54,067 nt of DNA. Origin: Phoronis australis. Taxonomy: Eukaryota > Animalia > Phoronida. The stretch covers positions 58,672 through 112,738 of the forward strand of contig NMRA01000460.1 of assembly GCA_002633005.1 (NCBI GenBank), written 5' to 3'. Of the stretch, positions 39,561 to 51,766 are shown piece after piece. The notes beneath the pieces are model-generated. The model had not been told where the DNA came from, did not search any database, and saw only the letters and a program-made list of their open reading frames with translations. The translations under genes and the position numbers were made by a program. Within the stretch, counting starts at the first letter, position 1, and each line of letters starts with the position of its first letter.

Positions 39561-41289
39561 AACAAGAGCACCGCGGAGCGTTGAAATGGGCCCACGACAG
39601 CACCGCAAAAAGCACGCTTCTATGGGTGTTTTAGTATCATACAAATGGCCATTAGAAGGCACAAAATCCAAATTGAGAAGATGGTGCCGTTTCTGTAATA
39701 CACAACTATTTGCCAAATTTCATGAAAAAGCCAAGGAGCTCCTAAAACAAAACAACTGACACTATGGAGCACAGCTATACTGCGATTATTCTAACTCATC
39801 CTCATCTGTTGCCAAATTTCACAAAGACCATTCAAAGGGTTAAGGAGAAACAGGTGTAGACGCAAAAAAGCAAATTGCCCTAGGGGGTGCCAACACAGCC
39901 GAAACCATCTGAAAATTAACGTCAAAAGGGGTCTTTGCATCAGGGAGACAACCATCAATTTTCATAACGATCCTGAGTGGTTTGGCATATTGAGAGGCAT
40001 ACATCACAAATACGCAAAACTTTTTAAATACCTGCCAAGTGGCACAGAAAACATCAGGTCTGCCCGAAAATGGGAAGGCGTTGTTGTCTCCTTAATACCA
40101 GTGGCGGATTTAGAGGGAGGCAAAGGGGGCCATGACCCCCCTAAAATTCTCCCAAATTTCATTGGGCAGTTCGGAGGTGCAAAATCCTGGCTAATATGCT
40201 GCCCTAGCCCCCACTAACTCAAAAATCCTGGATCCGCCCCTGAATACAGACTTATTTGCCAAATTTCATCGAATAACATTAATGAAATCCGAAGATACAG
40301 ACTCAAATGTAAAAAAAACATTTTGCCACTAGGGGCACAGTGATACTTCAATCAGTTCGATAATAGTTATCATTTGTCGTCGGCTCCATAAGAAACATCT
40401 TTCAAATTTGACAAAGTTCCTTTGAAGGGTTTAAGGAGATTTGGCTACAGACGCAAATAAAACCAAATTGCCACTAGGAGGCGACAAAGTAGTCAGACCC
40501 GTCCAAAGTCAACATCAGTCGAGGCGTAAATTTTCCTTCTAAGGATCCTTTCTGCAGTATGGCAGATAGAAAGGCGATGCCAGAAAACGGATGCAAAAAT
40601 ATCAAAAATGGCCACCAGGTGGCATAGAAAACATAAGAAATCTGTCCAAAAATGGGAAGGTGTTGTCTCCTTAATAAAAACCTATTTGACGAATTTCATG
40701 AAAATACATTGATGAACTCTGAAGACACAAAGGCACAGTGGTATTCGGACCAGTTCGACACTCGTTATGGTTCGTCGTCGCCTCCAGAGCAATACATCTT
40801 TCAAATATCATTAAGTTCCTTCAAACAGTTAAGGAGATTCAGCTCTAAATGCAAAAAAATTCTCACTAGGGGGCGACACAGAAATCAGAACCATCCAACA
40901 GTCATCATCAGTTGTGGACTTCTCATCAGGATCACAATTTTCATAATGATCCTTTGAGCGGTATGGCAGATAGAGAGGTGGATGCCAGAAAACGGACACA
41001 AAAATAGCCACAACGTGGCATAGAATCTGTTGAAATGGTGTCATCGCCTTCTTATTAAAAACATATTTGCCAAGTTTCATGAAAATCCATCAAGGAACTC
41101 TTAAGAAACAGAGGCAAATGTAAAAAACTAAATTTGCCATTAGTAGACATAGCAGTATTCGGATCTGTCCGAAACTCGTCGTCATCCGTTGTGAACCTGC
41201 AACGGGTTTAGGAGATGCAGCAGCGGATGCCTTATGCCCAAACAGAGATGACGGCAATATGCACGCACCCACACGTGGGCACATAAAAA
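39561..41289. mobile_element. Full-length non-autonomous Helentron/DINE-like element with ~11 internal monomers
   Basis: AACAAGAG start, hairpin CACCGC-GGA-GCGTTG, subterminal IR ATGGGCCCACG (39586-39596) / CGTGGGCACAT (41274-41284), terminal AAAAA; no TSD apart from the A-rich context. Confidence 0.78.
40099..40242. mobile_element. 144-bp MITE nested in the Helentron-like array, 5-bp TSD
   Basis: TIR CAGTGGCGGAT / ATCCGCCCCTG; AATAC duplicated at 40094-40098 and 40243-40247; removal restores the host monomer (compare 14893-14930). Confidence 0.88.
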
Positions 41290-44200
41290 CATCATTGCAT
41301 TCACATTTCAATACAATAACATCCTTGCATTTCTATGCCTTTTTAGGTCACGCTCATTCGGTACAAAATTCAGCATTTCCATACGACGTTATATGTATAC
41401 TTTATGTAGTAATGTACAAAATAACGTCACACGGAAATGGAGTCTTCGTATCGAATGAGCATGGTTTAAGTGGAGTTCTTATTGAATGTTGGAAAATTAA
41501 CAATTTGCTTATTTTCTATTACTGTGTGACATGAACATCAGTGCCTCATGCAGCACATCAAATGTAAACAACAGGTGTAACAGTAGATAAAATAACACGA
41601 AACAACAAACTAACTATGAACACTGGAGATCTGTTTCATGAAAATTGACCTGTGACTTGAGCCAGAAATTTCATCTTATGCTCCACACATATATTTCTGA
41701 CAAATATTCCAATTTCATTTCAGAAAAGTACGGAATCCTAAAGAATATACACACACTTTCATATTAATTAAAAATAATTTGCATGAAATATTGCTACAAA
41801 CTACGACGGGCTAAAAATTATACTACAAAAAATACACAATATAGAAAAAAGGAATTTTTGATTACCGGTACTCATTTGGTTTGGTTTAAATGTCAAATTA
41901 ACTCGTAAAATTTAAGGTACTTTTGCGAAAAATATCAGTATTGTACGTACCGTATGCAAAAACTAGGCACTTAAAGCCGAAATTCTTGCATTGTTTTGGA
42001 CACTGATGAATAAAAACTAAAAATGGAAGGTTTCAGCGAAATCCATCAATTCTTTTTCAAGAACTTGAGTTCAAGTTACGTTTGCTGAAGCCGAGAAAAA
42101 GCCGAAAATTTCTTAAGTTGTAAAAATCTCAAGGTTTTTGCTTAACTATTTGGTGAAAACTTGTTTATGGTTAATTCAACCTATATGTAATTATCTTGCT
42201 GTTTATTTCAACATTTAATAGCAGTGTCAACTGAATTTGCAGAGCGTAATTAAGTTAATTGTCACTAAAACATTTTGATGCAGTAAGTCGGGTTTCAAAC
42301 TACGCAAACTAGGTCAGAGGAGGAGTTAACGTAAGTAGGTCAACAGTGCATTGTGGTACACAACATATGATAACTGTGGGAATTTGAATCAATCAACAAA
42401 TCAACTACAAATTGGAGAATAGAAATCAATTATATGTGAACTCGAGATTGAGCAAAACATCAGACTGAATGAATTTCGGCGAGGGAGGAAAAACTCTCAG
42501 GATCAGAAGTTTTTGTCTTTCTTTCTGTGGGGCATCTTTCTATGCTATGTACACCTCGTTGACCCAATATTATGACAACTCTGTGAATGAAAGGTCTATG
42601 AATTGTGGGTACATATGGAACTGCATATGCCTGGTGGGAGATTTGATTTGAATGACAACTCTGTAGCCTTTGAACTTCGACAAAATTCCACGTGGATGAA
42701 GGTTGTGGTTTCACAAAATCTTTTTTCCTCCCTAAATGTTATATATTTTGTATTTGAAGTTCCCTGAGAATGAATGGAGGGTATTTTGCAAGACGTGGAA
42801 TATTGCAAAAACACCAATTTTTGAGAATAAAAAGACAACCTTAAGTTGCTCATCATGAAACAGACTGCTGTTAAAATTGATGAAAACAAAGTTTTATGTC
42901 CAGATGATTAAGCTGAAGTTTTGGAGACACATTAATATATTTACAGTAAATGGTTAAGTTCACCAATTTCTGATGAAACTCTTTCTTAATCTACACTGGT
43001 ATCAAAACGGTAGCAAAACGGCCTGCGCACCTCTATGTCTTTAGTATCATGCAATAAAATAAAAAATAAAATAAAATAAAACACATAATGAATATCATAA
43101 ATACACAGAACAAACAACGTACAATATGGTGTTACTGCATAGAACTTTTTTGTATACATGACAAGTTTATCCAACTCTTAGAGTTGGAATTTCAGCCCAC
43201 AGCACAGCAGTAAAACTTCAATGGCATTACAAGATCGAATACAGTAATGCGGCCAAGAAAAAGTTGTAAAAAGCAAGATACCGGCAAATAACATGAGAAA
43301 CTCCAATGGTGAGAAAATAAGGCCATGAAAGTGCTTGATGAATAATGCAGCATTGAGGGTAAACGGTGCCAGATTCAAGTTTCACTGTGTACTTCAGGAC
43401 TGCCATATTGCACTTACGAAATACGCACTCAACAAAATGGCAAAGTACACCTTCTCTGTTTGAAAATAAGATTCATGGAAGTTTATCAACCATGTTATAA
43501 GTTACAACACCATGAAGCAGCAGTTTAGACTGAAGTAGACGTAATATCCTTTCATATACAACTAAAAAAATCATACCATTTTATCATAACAGCTTATTTT
43601 TACCAATTCTTTCGAATGTTGCTTTAGTATTTCCTCAGTCATGGATTGGCTGATGTAAAAGAAGATTGAACTTCTCAAGTATAAACAACGTAACTCCCTA
43701 CTCTGCATTGTCCCAACACTAACAAAAAAGTAAACGCTAGTTGACTACGCATCTACAGTACAAGACAAAAGTAACCAGACAAAATACCATTTTCAGTTCC
43801 CGTCACTGGCTAATTCTGTTGATAGCAAAAAGGACTAGCAACAACAACTACAGCGGCAAAATCCTAATTAAAAACAATTGTTACCTTATTAACTAACCTG
43901 TTACTTCTTCTTCATTCTCAGTCATGAGAAGACATCTCTGAAGATGAATTTGGCTTCCGCACAGCTGCCATGGCTGGAAATTCTTGGCCATTATGTCTGA
44001 TTACTTTTGGCTTACATTCTACCTCACTTAGCAATTGTGACTGGGCTGCAGGGGTGGTATTCCAGAAGGGGAGGAAGTGAAAGACAGGGGCGAGGGTTGA
44101 ACTACACAAGTCAGGTGCTCAACATTAATTTGCTGCATCGACATCATTGAAGGTGAATATAACCATGTGAGTGGACTGACACTGGTTATAATTCTGTAAG

Positions 44201-44561
44201 CTCTGTTTGGCTGTTCTATTTGTTAACTAGCAGTTAACACTTGATTGAAATGACCTATGGGGTCAGGACACTGATTATGTAATTTTTACCACAGGATATT
44301 TGAGAACATTCTAGTTGGTTCTTCGCCAATTTCTAACCCCTTCTTGAAATTTACCCATTAACTCAGCTCATACATCTTTTCGTTAAACTGGACTGAAAAA
44401 GAACCATGCCGTGGACAGTTCTAGAGCTAGCATATGTTTGTAGAGTGATTGGGCAGATTACAGAAAGTTCCAGTAGGTAATTTTGAATTGGCAAAAAGTT
44501 CTAGAAAAATTGAAACTGACTACAAATACACAGACACACCTTACATTGCTTCAAAAATCCT

Positions 44562-45125
44562 TCAATAAAGTCCACGTTCAACATTCCTTTCAAAAATGTC
44601 TAGCCAACGATTATTTGGAAAATCCTTAAGAATCTTTGGTCTGGCCATCTCAAGGAGTTCAAAGTATGTGAAGTTCTTCCCCAAGCCCCTGTCATACAAA
44701 TGTCTAAACGCTTCTGCCACATACTTGTACCACAGCCATTCCTGTGCAAACCAGTCATCCTCATTTTGTTCTAAAGAGTCACCAGTTTCACCCAAAAAAG
44801 TTTTTGGCATTGGACAGCCATAATGATGCACCGGTGTTATTCTGACTGATTTCTTGTCCGTTGACATTTTTTGCTCTTTGTGGACTAGCTTACACAAGTG
44901 ACACGGGTACGTATTAAACAAGTTGTTTCCTGAGCCAAGTATTGACCATTCACGATGTGCCAGCTCAGACTTTAGCCTAGAATTTGTGACTCCAGTTGTC
45001 TTGAACTTAAGGTACTGATTGTAGAGACCATCGTCTGAGTTCAGTCTAAGCAAGTACGTAGCTAGCTCTTTGAATGTGCGAAACTCCTTAGCTGAGATTA
45101 CTGAGTGGGGGCTGGGGTAGTAGTC
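44562..45125 (-). CDS. FUT10: FUT10/11-like alternative terminal exon A (187 aa, most divergent)
   Basis: ttccctgttttaTAG|GAC; phase 0; DYYPSPHSVISAKEFRTFKELATYLLRLNSDD...CHLC...HYGCPMP; open to TGA. Confidence 0.88.
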   Translation of the reverse strand, partial: DYYPSPHSVISAKEFRTFKELATYLLRLNSDDGLYNQYLKFKTTGVTNSRLKSELAHREWSILGSGNNLFNTYPCHLCKLVHKEQKMSTDKKSVRITPVHHYGCPMPKTFLGETGDSLEQNEDDWFAQEWLWYKYVAEAFRHLYDRGLGKNFTYFELLEMARPKILKDFPNNRWLDIFERNVERGLY

Positions 45126-45489
45126 CTATAAAACAGGGAAAGTCAGTCTTATACTCCTGTTTCGTAATATTTGAACTGAATGAGCACCAGCAACAGAGAT
45201 GTGTTAGCAAAGCATCAAAGTAATTAGGCAAACAATAACCACAATATAATGATAGTTTCTATAAATTATTTCTAGGATGTGGAGTGCTAATAGGAATGTT
45301 TAGCATGACATCATTTTGACATCACCATGACGTTTTGGACCCAGTGTGACGGCATGCCAAACTGTGCCATCTACTGCCATGACACGACACTAAATATCTG
45401 GATAATTACACGGATTATCCTTTATTGAGAAATTGTGAAGTGGGAGGATAAAAACATATTTCAGACTTTTAAAGTCTTAATCCATCTGA

Positions 45490-46720
45490 AAATAGGAAGG
45501 TGTTCTCGTCTCCTGAATAGAATATATCTACCACATTTCATGGAAATTTGTTAAGAAACTCTGAAGATAAAGACAAACGTAAAAAAAATGCCACTAGGCG
45601 GCACAGAGATAGTCAGATCTATCCAAAACTTATCGACACCTGTTGTAAGCAATAGAACACCACTCGCTAAATTTCACACAGATCTTGAAAGGGGTTAAGG
45701 AAATAAAGCCTCTGAGGCAAAAAAAAAATGCCACTAGGGGACACAAGAAACCAACATCAGCTGTGCTATTAACAGGAAGGAATCTGCCAATTTTCATAAT
45801 GATCTTTCAAGCAGTTTGGTGGACAGAACGGTAGACACCAAACGACAAAATTTTAAGTAATAACAAGAGCAATGCCCACCGGATGCATCGGATATAGCGC
45901 AGATATAAGGGATGATTACTATTTTCTAAATTCCCAATAAATGGAACAATGCTAGTAAAGATGAAATAGCCTCTAGGAAGAGCATAACAAGTCTGCAATG
46001 CTCTCCTCAATAGGAACACACTTGTGAAGACCGTAAAAAAATTGAAACAGGCACTGGGGGCACAACGGTAGTCAGATATGTCCAAACGTTGTCATCTGAC
46101 ATCAAGTTCACAGAATGTATCAAATAAACACAGAAAAATTAGGAACCCCAACTGGGAATCGAATCACAGGTCTCTAGATTGCTGGTCTAGTGCTCTTACC
46201 ACTGAGGACCTGATATCATTGCAATTACTGTTTACAGCCGAGTGTTATGTCATACATTCCATGAGCGGCCTTACACCTTTTTCACAGGATATTTGAATAA
46301 TTATATACCATGAGAAAGTTCACAGAAATACACTTTGCAAATTTCGTTCATGCCATTCTAACCATGATAGGAACATATCTTCAAAATTTTATGAACATAG
46401 ATACAGGGGTTTGGAGACACGGCAGTGGACGTCAGGTGGACGGACAGAGCTGATGGCATAAAAATGGCCACTAGCATGCGCAGAGTACGTCGACTCTTTA
46501 CTAGAAACCATTTGCCAAATTTCATGATAATCATGTTGAGGAACTCAGTAGATATTGAGGAGTACTTGAAGAAAACATCAATTGCCAATAGGGGATGCCG
46601 CAGTAGTTGTCCAGCAGCAGCCATGCTCTTCTCAACAGAAACCAAACTGACCTTGGTAGACATTGGGACAGATACATGCAAACAAAACTGGCAAGAGGGT
46701 TGCACCACAGTTTTTTAACC
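45490..46720. repeat. Composite array of ~140-bp monomers with an internal AACAAGAGC end (45862) and a tRNA-derived insertion
   Basis: Same monomer motifs as 39561-41289; boundaries approximate. Confidence 0.65.
46115..46310 (-). repeat. Second locus of the tRNA-derived repeat
   Basis: AGGAACCCCAACT...ACAGGTCTCTA..TTGCTGGTCTAGTGCTCTTACCACTGAG...CAATTACTGTTT.CAGCC matches 29688-29795. Confidence 0.78.
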
Positions 46721-49016
46721 TTATGGAAAATTAACTTCAGCTTTGTGCCATTCAATAAATTTCCATAATAATCTTTTGAGAAACAGATGTCAAAATCTCA
46801 AAAGATAGAAACAAAATCCAAAAAAGGCAGGTAACCTACGAATCTTGCGCCATCAGTATGATGACCATAACCTGTAAAAGGCAAGCTACTGACCCCTCAG
46901 GTGTTGGCGTTCTACAGACTTATATTAGAAGCAACCAAATCAGCATGTGCCATTAAGACAAAGACAATCAGCTGGATGTATTTATGCATGAACAAGTCAC
47001 TGACAGGCTAATAACAATGTAGATATTTGTTTGTCACAAACAATCAACCAAAATCCAGTTACTGCAACTTCTAATCAGATTCGTGTTAAAATTGTGAAAA
47101 CACTTGATGACTAACTTTAACCGAATTGACGAGTCAAAAGTTCTCGCAAAAGTGAAAACATTGTGACATCATTAATGCTAGACAAGTTGAACAGAGCGTG
47201 GACAATGATTTAACTTAATGCCTAAATGCAAGCAACAACTGAGTGTGGATTTTTGGAAGTTTTAAAGCATAGGCTTTGTTAAGAGTATAAATAAACCCTA
47301 TAAATTGTTAAAACCATCATCAATTATTTAGTGTTTCAAAAAATCTATGGCGATATGGCTACCAAATGACACAGTTGAGCCAATTGTTATATGCAAATAA
47401 TGGACCCATGAAAAAACTCCAAGTGACACGAACTAAAATCAGTAGCACTCTGAAGCATATAAAGAGTACAAGCAAGCTATTGTGTTATAAGGAAACCCCA
47501 AAATCCCCGCCATGACAGCTGGGTGGAAGACAAATTCATCGACAGTATAGCCTTGCCGAATGACGGAGAATAGAAGGGAATAAACAAGAGACTGAGCCTT
47601 TCTATCATTAGAATTTTGACGCTGTAATAGTAATTACCAGTCATTTTAGCAGTTACTTAGGCGTCATGATGAGGGAAAAGGTATTTTGTCTGAATACTTT
47701 TGTCATATACATTGTCTCACTCTGGTTGAAGTAAAAATAGATCCAATCCAAGACTGACATTAGGTACATTTTCAAAGGCATCATGAGAATGCCAACATCT
47801 TGATCAAACTTCTTCAGATTTAAGGCTCTTCAGATTGTCATTATTAACAGAGCGCGTTTTTTTTTTGTAAAAAAAGTTGCAACTTCTATTTCCCAAAAAT
47901 CGTGTGAAGATAAATGATGGTTTATTTGTGAACACCTCTGAAAAATCCGGCACAGTAATTAAGGTTGAGACCCAAGGAAATAAATGCCTCAGTTTCACGC
48001 CATAGATACTATTAAATACTACACAGTCACTGTTTACTTAATCAATGAAAGGCACTGTTGGTCAGTAGGGAGTTAGAGTAAAGCTGAAGCAATCCCATAG
48101 GGACATCGAATAGCTTCATTATCAGCACAATTTTGTCTTTTTAATCATACCCTAGTAAAACCATAAAATCAATTATATTTTGCAAATCTTCGCCTAAAAC
48201 TCTTTGTGCATAAAAAAGTATTTCAGAAATTTACAATCAGGTGACCATGTTTTTTCAAAGACCGCATCAACTACTACACGAGCGAAAATTCATGCGTAAA
48301 ACGAGCGAAATCTGCTTCAGTAGCCTAAGAGTCAAAAAACAAAGTGTCCAGGATTTACTATCAAAGCTAGGCAACAAAAAATTTAACCCAATGAAGATTT
48401 TCAAATTTTAACTATTAATTTAAGTTTTTGTTTTTGACAACTGAGATGTCATGCTAATGCCAACCAACAATATTCTCAGACGTGCTCAAATACAGAGGCA
48501 GACTTCACAAAATTTGTGTAAAAAATTTGAAGTGTGTGGAAAAATCTACGTTGCTAAGGAAAGACAGTCAAATAACTACAAGAATCCAGCATTGACCGAA
48601 CACTCATTCGAAAAATGTATGGTTTCACAACCGTTGAGAACAAATTTATGAAGGTGCATTATACACCTATTTAGCTTCAATGATGAATTCAACCGAAGCC
48701 ATAGGCAATGTGCACATGCACCACTTTCAAATTCATAATTTTAGAGTTGGCCAAACCGAATGAACTCTTCAGTGTTTTCTCGAGAAGTTGATGGTTTCTA
48801 TGTTCTTGTTGGCAATGAAAATATAATCCTATCAAGGTAAGGAATATCACGAGACAGAGTTCTTTTACAAATGGAAAAGGTCTAATTTGATTTTAGATCG
48901 CTAAATGGGGTGAAACACAGCTTTATGCAAAATATTTTAAGAGCTGTTGCCCTTAGTAACAAAGGTGTCAAATTGCCTTTACAACCGCAAATAACAAATG
49001 TCAACAACTGTCTCAC

Positions 49017-49191
49017 CTTCAGGGTGTCGGGTGCGTAAACGATGGGCACTGAGCCCAAATGCAGAGGTCGCCAGAACTTTTCTGTGATGTAATCTTCACA
49101 TAGCGCATTTTCTATGGTAATGGTGAATTTATATTTGGCCATTAGCTTGTAAAAATCATCATGGTCCATGCCTTCCAGAGGGTTAACCAAA
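49017..49191 (-). CDS. FUT10: FUT10/11-like shared coding exon 4 (GT10 motif)
   Basis: tttCAG|T...AAG|GTGAGA; 175 nt, phase 2-0; YKFTITIENALCEDYITEKFWRPLHLGSVPIVY is the alpha-1,3-FucT (GT10) motif. Confidence 0.93.
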
Positions 49192-49256
49192 CTGAAATTG
49201 GAAAGGGTCACGTCGACCAAATGATATGCAGTCTTAAATAAAGAAAATTTGTAGCA

Positions 49257-49450
49257 GCAACAGTGTACCCATGATCAACAGTGTACCCGCGATCAACAGT
49301 GTACCTACGATCAACAATGTACTTATGATCAACAGTGCACCCACGATCAACAGTGTACATACCATCAACAGTGTACCCACGATCAACAGAGTACTTATTA
49401 CCAACAGGGTACCCATGATAAACAGTGTACCCTTCATCAGCAGCGTGTAC
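49257..49450. repeat. 18-bp minisatellite, ~10-11 copies
   Basis: Unit close to CAACAGTGTACCCACGAT; it generates the repetitive ORFs on both strands. Confidence 0.92.
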
Positions 49451-50056
49451 TCAGGATCGACAACCCTGCAATTTTTGATGGAACCAATGTTGAACAATCT
49501 TACCAGTTACACTGAATGATGTTCAAAGGCAAGGACACAAACAGCCAGTACTATGTATGTTCCATAATGTTTACTGAACTACATCTGGGCAAAATCCTGC
49601 TTTTTGATGGCGAGTGGTAACAAGTTGAAGCAGCAGGGAAAGCTGGTGAATGGGAAGTTTCCATTTTGGAAAATTCAAAGATTTGGAACAGAAATGTGCA
49701 TTATATAGTAACGAAAATACTTAATTGTTATAGTTAACGTAATTAAATTACAACAAGAAAATCCCAATGACAACTAGACATACATTGAGCTATGGGGTGT
49801 TCATTGTGGGCAAAGTAGACACACCTTTACCCAAGATGTCGATCATCAAGACATTTAGGGTAATGCTAAAACAATTTGTATCCTACCCAGCTTTGAGACC
49901 AATCATCTGAGACCACGTGTGATACTCAGAGACCATAATAATGGCAATTTTGTAATTAATACTGAAGTATTGTTTGAAAAAAATACATCAATCTATAACA
50001 ATGTCCTAGTGAACGTCAGATATGTTGAGTTCATCAGCCATATTAAAACCACTCAC

Positions 50057-50466
50057 TGCTCTGGTAGATCCTTGTTGTGTACACATTTCCCATAGGAGTC
50101 AATGGGAATGTATTTCATCAACTTCTTCACAAACATGTCACGGTCGCTGGGTGCCCCACAGTCACTCTGCACGTAGACAATGGGAGCCAATCCAAGCTCT
50201 TTTTGGTAACGATTCTTGTCTTCTGTCGATACGACATACTTTTTGCTCTCCAGAAACTCGATACTGGAGAGCCATTGTGTGGTAAGGGGATAGTCCGACC
50301 AGCGTCTAAATGTGGCAGTGTGGTTGAACAGTGTTACAATCTCTTCAAAGGAGAACAAGTAGACATTTTTGGGAGATTCCTCGTGAAGTAATGCCCACTC
50401 GTGGTGGGGCTGGCGAGGCAGTGGAAGATCATGAAGCTTGAAGTCGGTGCCATACCAGAGGAACAC
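50057..50466 (-). CDS. FUT10: FUT10/11-like shared coding exon 3
   Basis: ttttcTAG|GTG...CA|GTGAGT; 410 nt, phase 0-2; YGTDF, LPLPR, HEESPKN, YVQSDC..PSDRD, DSYGKC..NKDLP are FUT10/11 hallmarks. Confidence 0.95.
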
Positions 50467-51532
50467 CTAGAAAAATAAAAAGAAACAGTCAATCACGCAC
50501 TTATGTAAAGTATATATATATTTTGGACATAAACGCATGGGCCTTGATATGAAAACATGCAGAATTTTTTAATACACTGTATTACAAAATTAGTAAAACA
50601 TGGCCTGCATTGAAGATACACAAATATGTCCTGCTTACATAAACCATGATTCATCTGTACATTAAATTTATACAATTGCTCTCTCTTGCTCCCATTCGTC
50701 TGTTCCCCTTCCCTCCAACTCTTTTTGCGATGCACCATTATGCAGGCTCTTCCCCTGGTGTCTCCAGCGTGGGCGTGGACCAACAGGAGTTGTAACACAA
50801 CTTACCATGTAAGTGTCCAGTAATAACGAACCAGAACCCCAGAACAATTATGCAAAAGTATTAATTACATCAGCTGCCTTGAAGTGTCAAAGACAATACA
50901 GCAACACATAAGTCACTGAACGTCAGCTGCCAGTAACTTGGAATTAAATTTGTAATCAGTTATGGGCAGCTTTTTTCATCTTCTTTTGATCGAGGTACTA
51001 ATAGAGTAGGGCACTGCTTAAAATACAGTACATGGTGCATTAGTATGCACCCAGACAAATGAGTTCATTCAACAGTTTGTTATGATATGCAAGATGAACA
51101 AGAATACACAACAGTATCTAATCAGCAGACTGACACTACAAGCTGTAAGGCTAGTAAAGTTCATCTTCCCTGAAGACACAACTGGTTTCATGTTGCAGGT
51201 GGGAAAGAACAGCTGTAGATCACCAGAGGCTTAATGTTGAACTACAAGATAAGTTCATATTCAACTCGGCTAAACTAAGGAGATGAGCAAAAGCACTCGC
51301 AAAAAATGCCAGATTTGTCCATGGAATTAAAACTGAACATATACTCAGACTTCACATTGATATTTTTGACAGAAACATGAATTTTTAAATAATAACTCAC
51401 AACATGTAAAGTATTCCACTTGCAATTACTAAACATCTCAGTTTAAAAGCAAGAATCAGAAAAATCAAGTTGTGAAAATTTGCAAAGCTGGTAAATGATA
51501 AGAAGGTGATTTTTGAGTTTTGTAATTTTTAC

Positions 51533-51766
51533 CTTCATTTGTGGATGATTAGCAAACTTTCGATCAATGGTCATGAAACACTCAACATCGCCGCATTGTT
51601 TGATGGCGCCCTTTTCCCCAGTAAATCCGGTCCACCACAAGAGAATTGGCACTTCGATGTCGGGCCGAAAGGAGTTATTGACAGGTGTGGCCCTATTAGG
51701 TCGGAGTTTCAAGGTATTTTTAAACTTTCTCTTCGGACTGCCACTAAGGCTGTAGGAAATGATACA
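51533..51766 (-). CDS. FUT10: FUT10/11-like shared coding exon 2
   Basis: attcCAG|TGT...AAG|GTAAAA; 234 nt, phase 0-0; PILLWWTGFTGEKGAIKQCGDVECFMTIDR, closer to my recollection of FUT10 than FUT11. Confidence 0.9.

Noticed and set aside
45126-49016. Dscam-like docking/selector base-pairing for last-exon choice
   Set aside because: No complementarity seen by eye between the donor-proximal intron and sequences upstream of A, B or C; a systematic RNA-duplex search is needed to exclude it.
49234-49519. Hydrophobic and INSVPT-repeat ORFs on both strands
   Set aside because: Translations of an 18-bp minisatellite inside a FUT intron.
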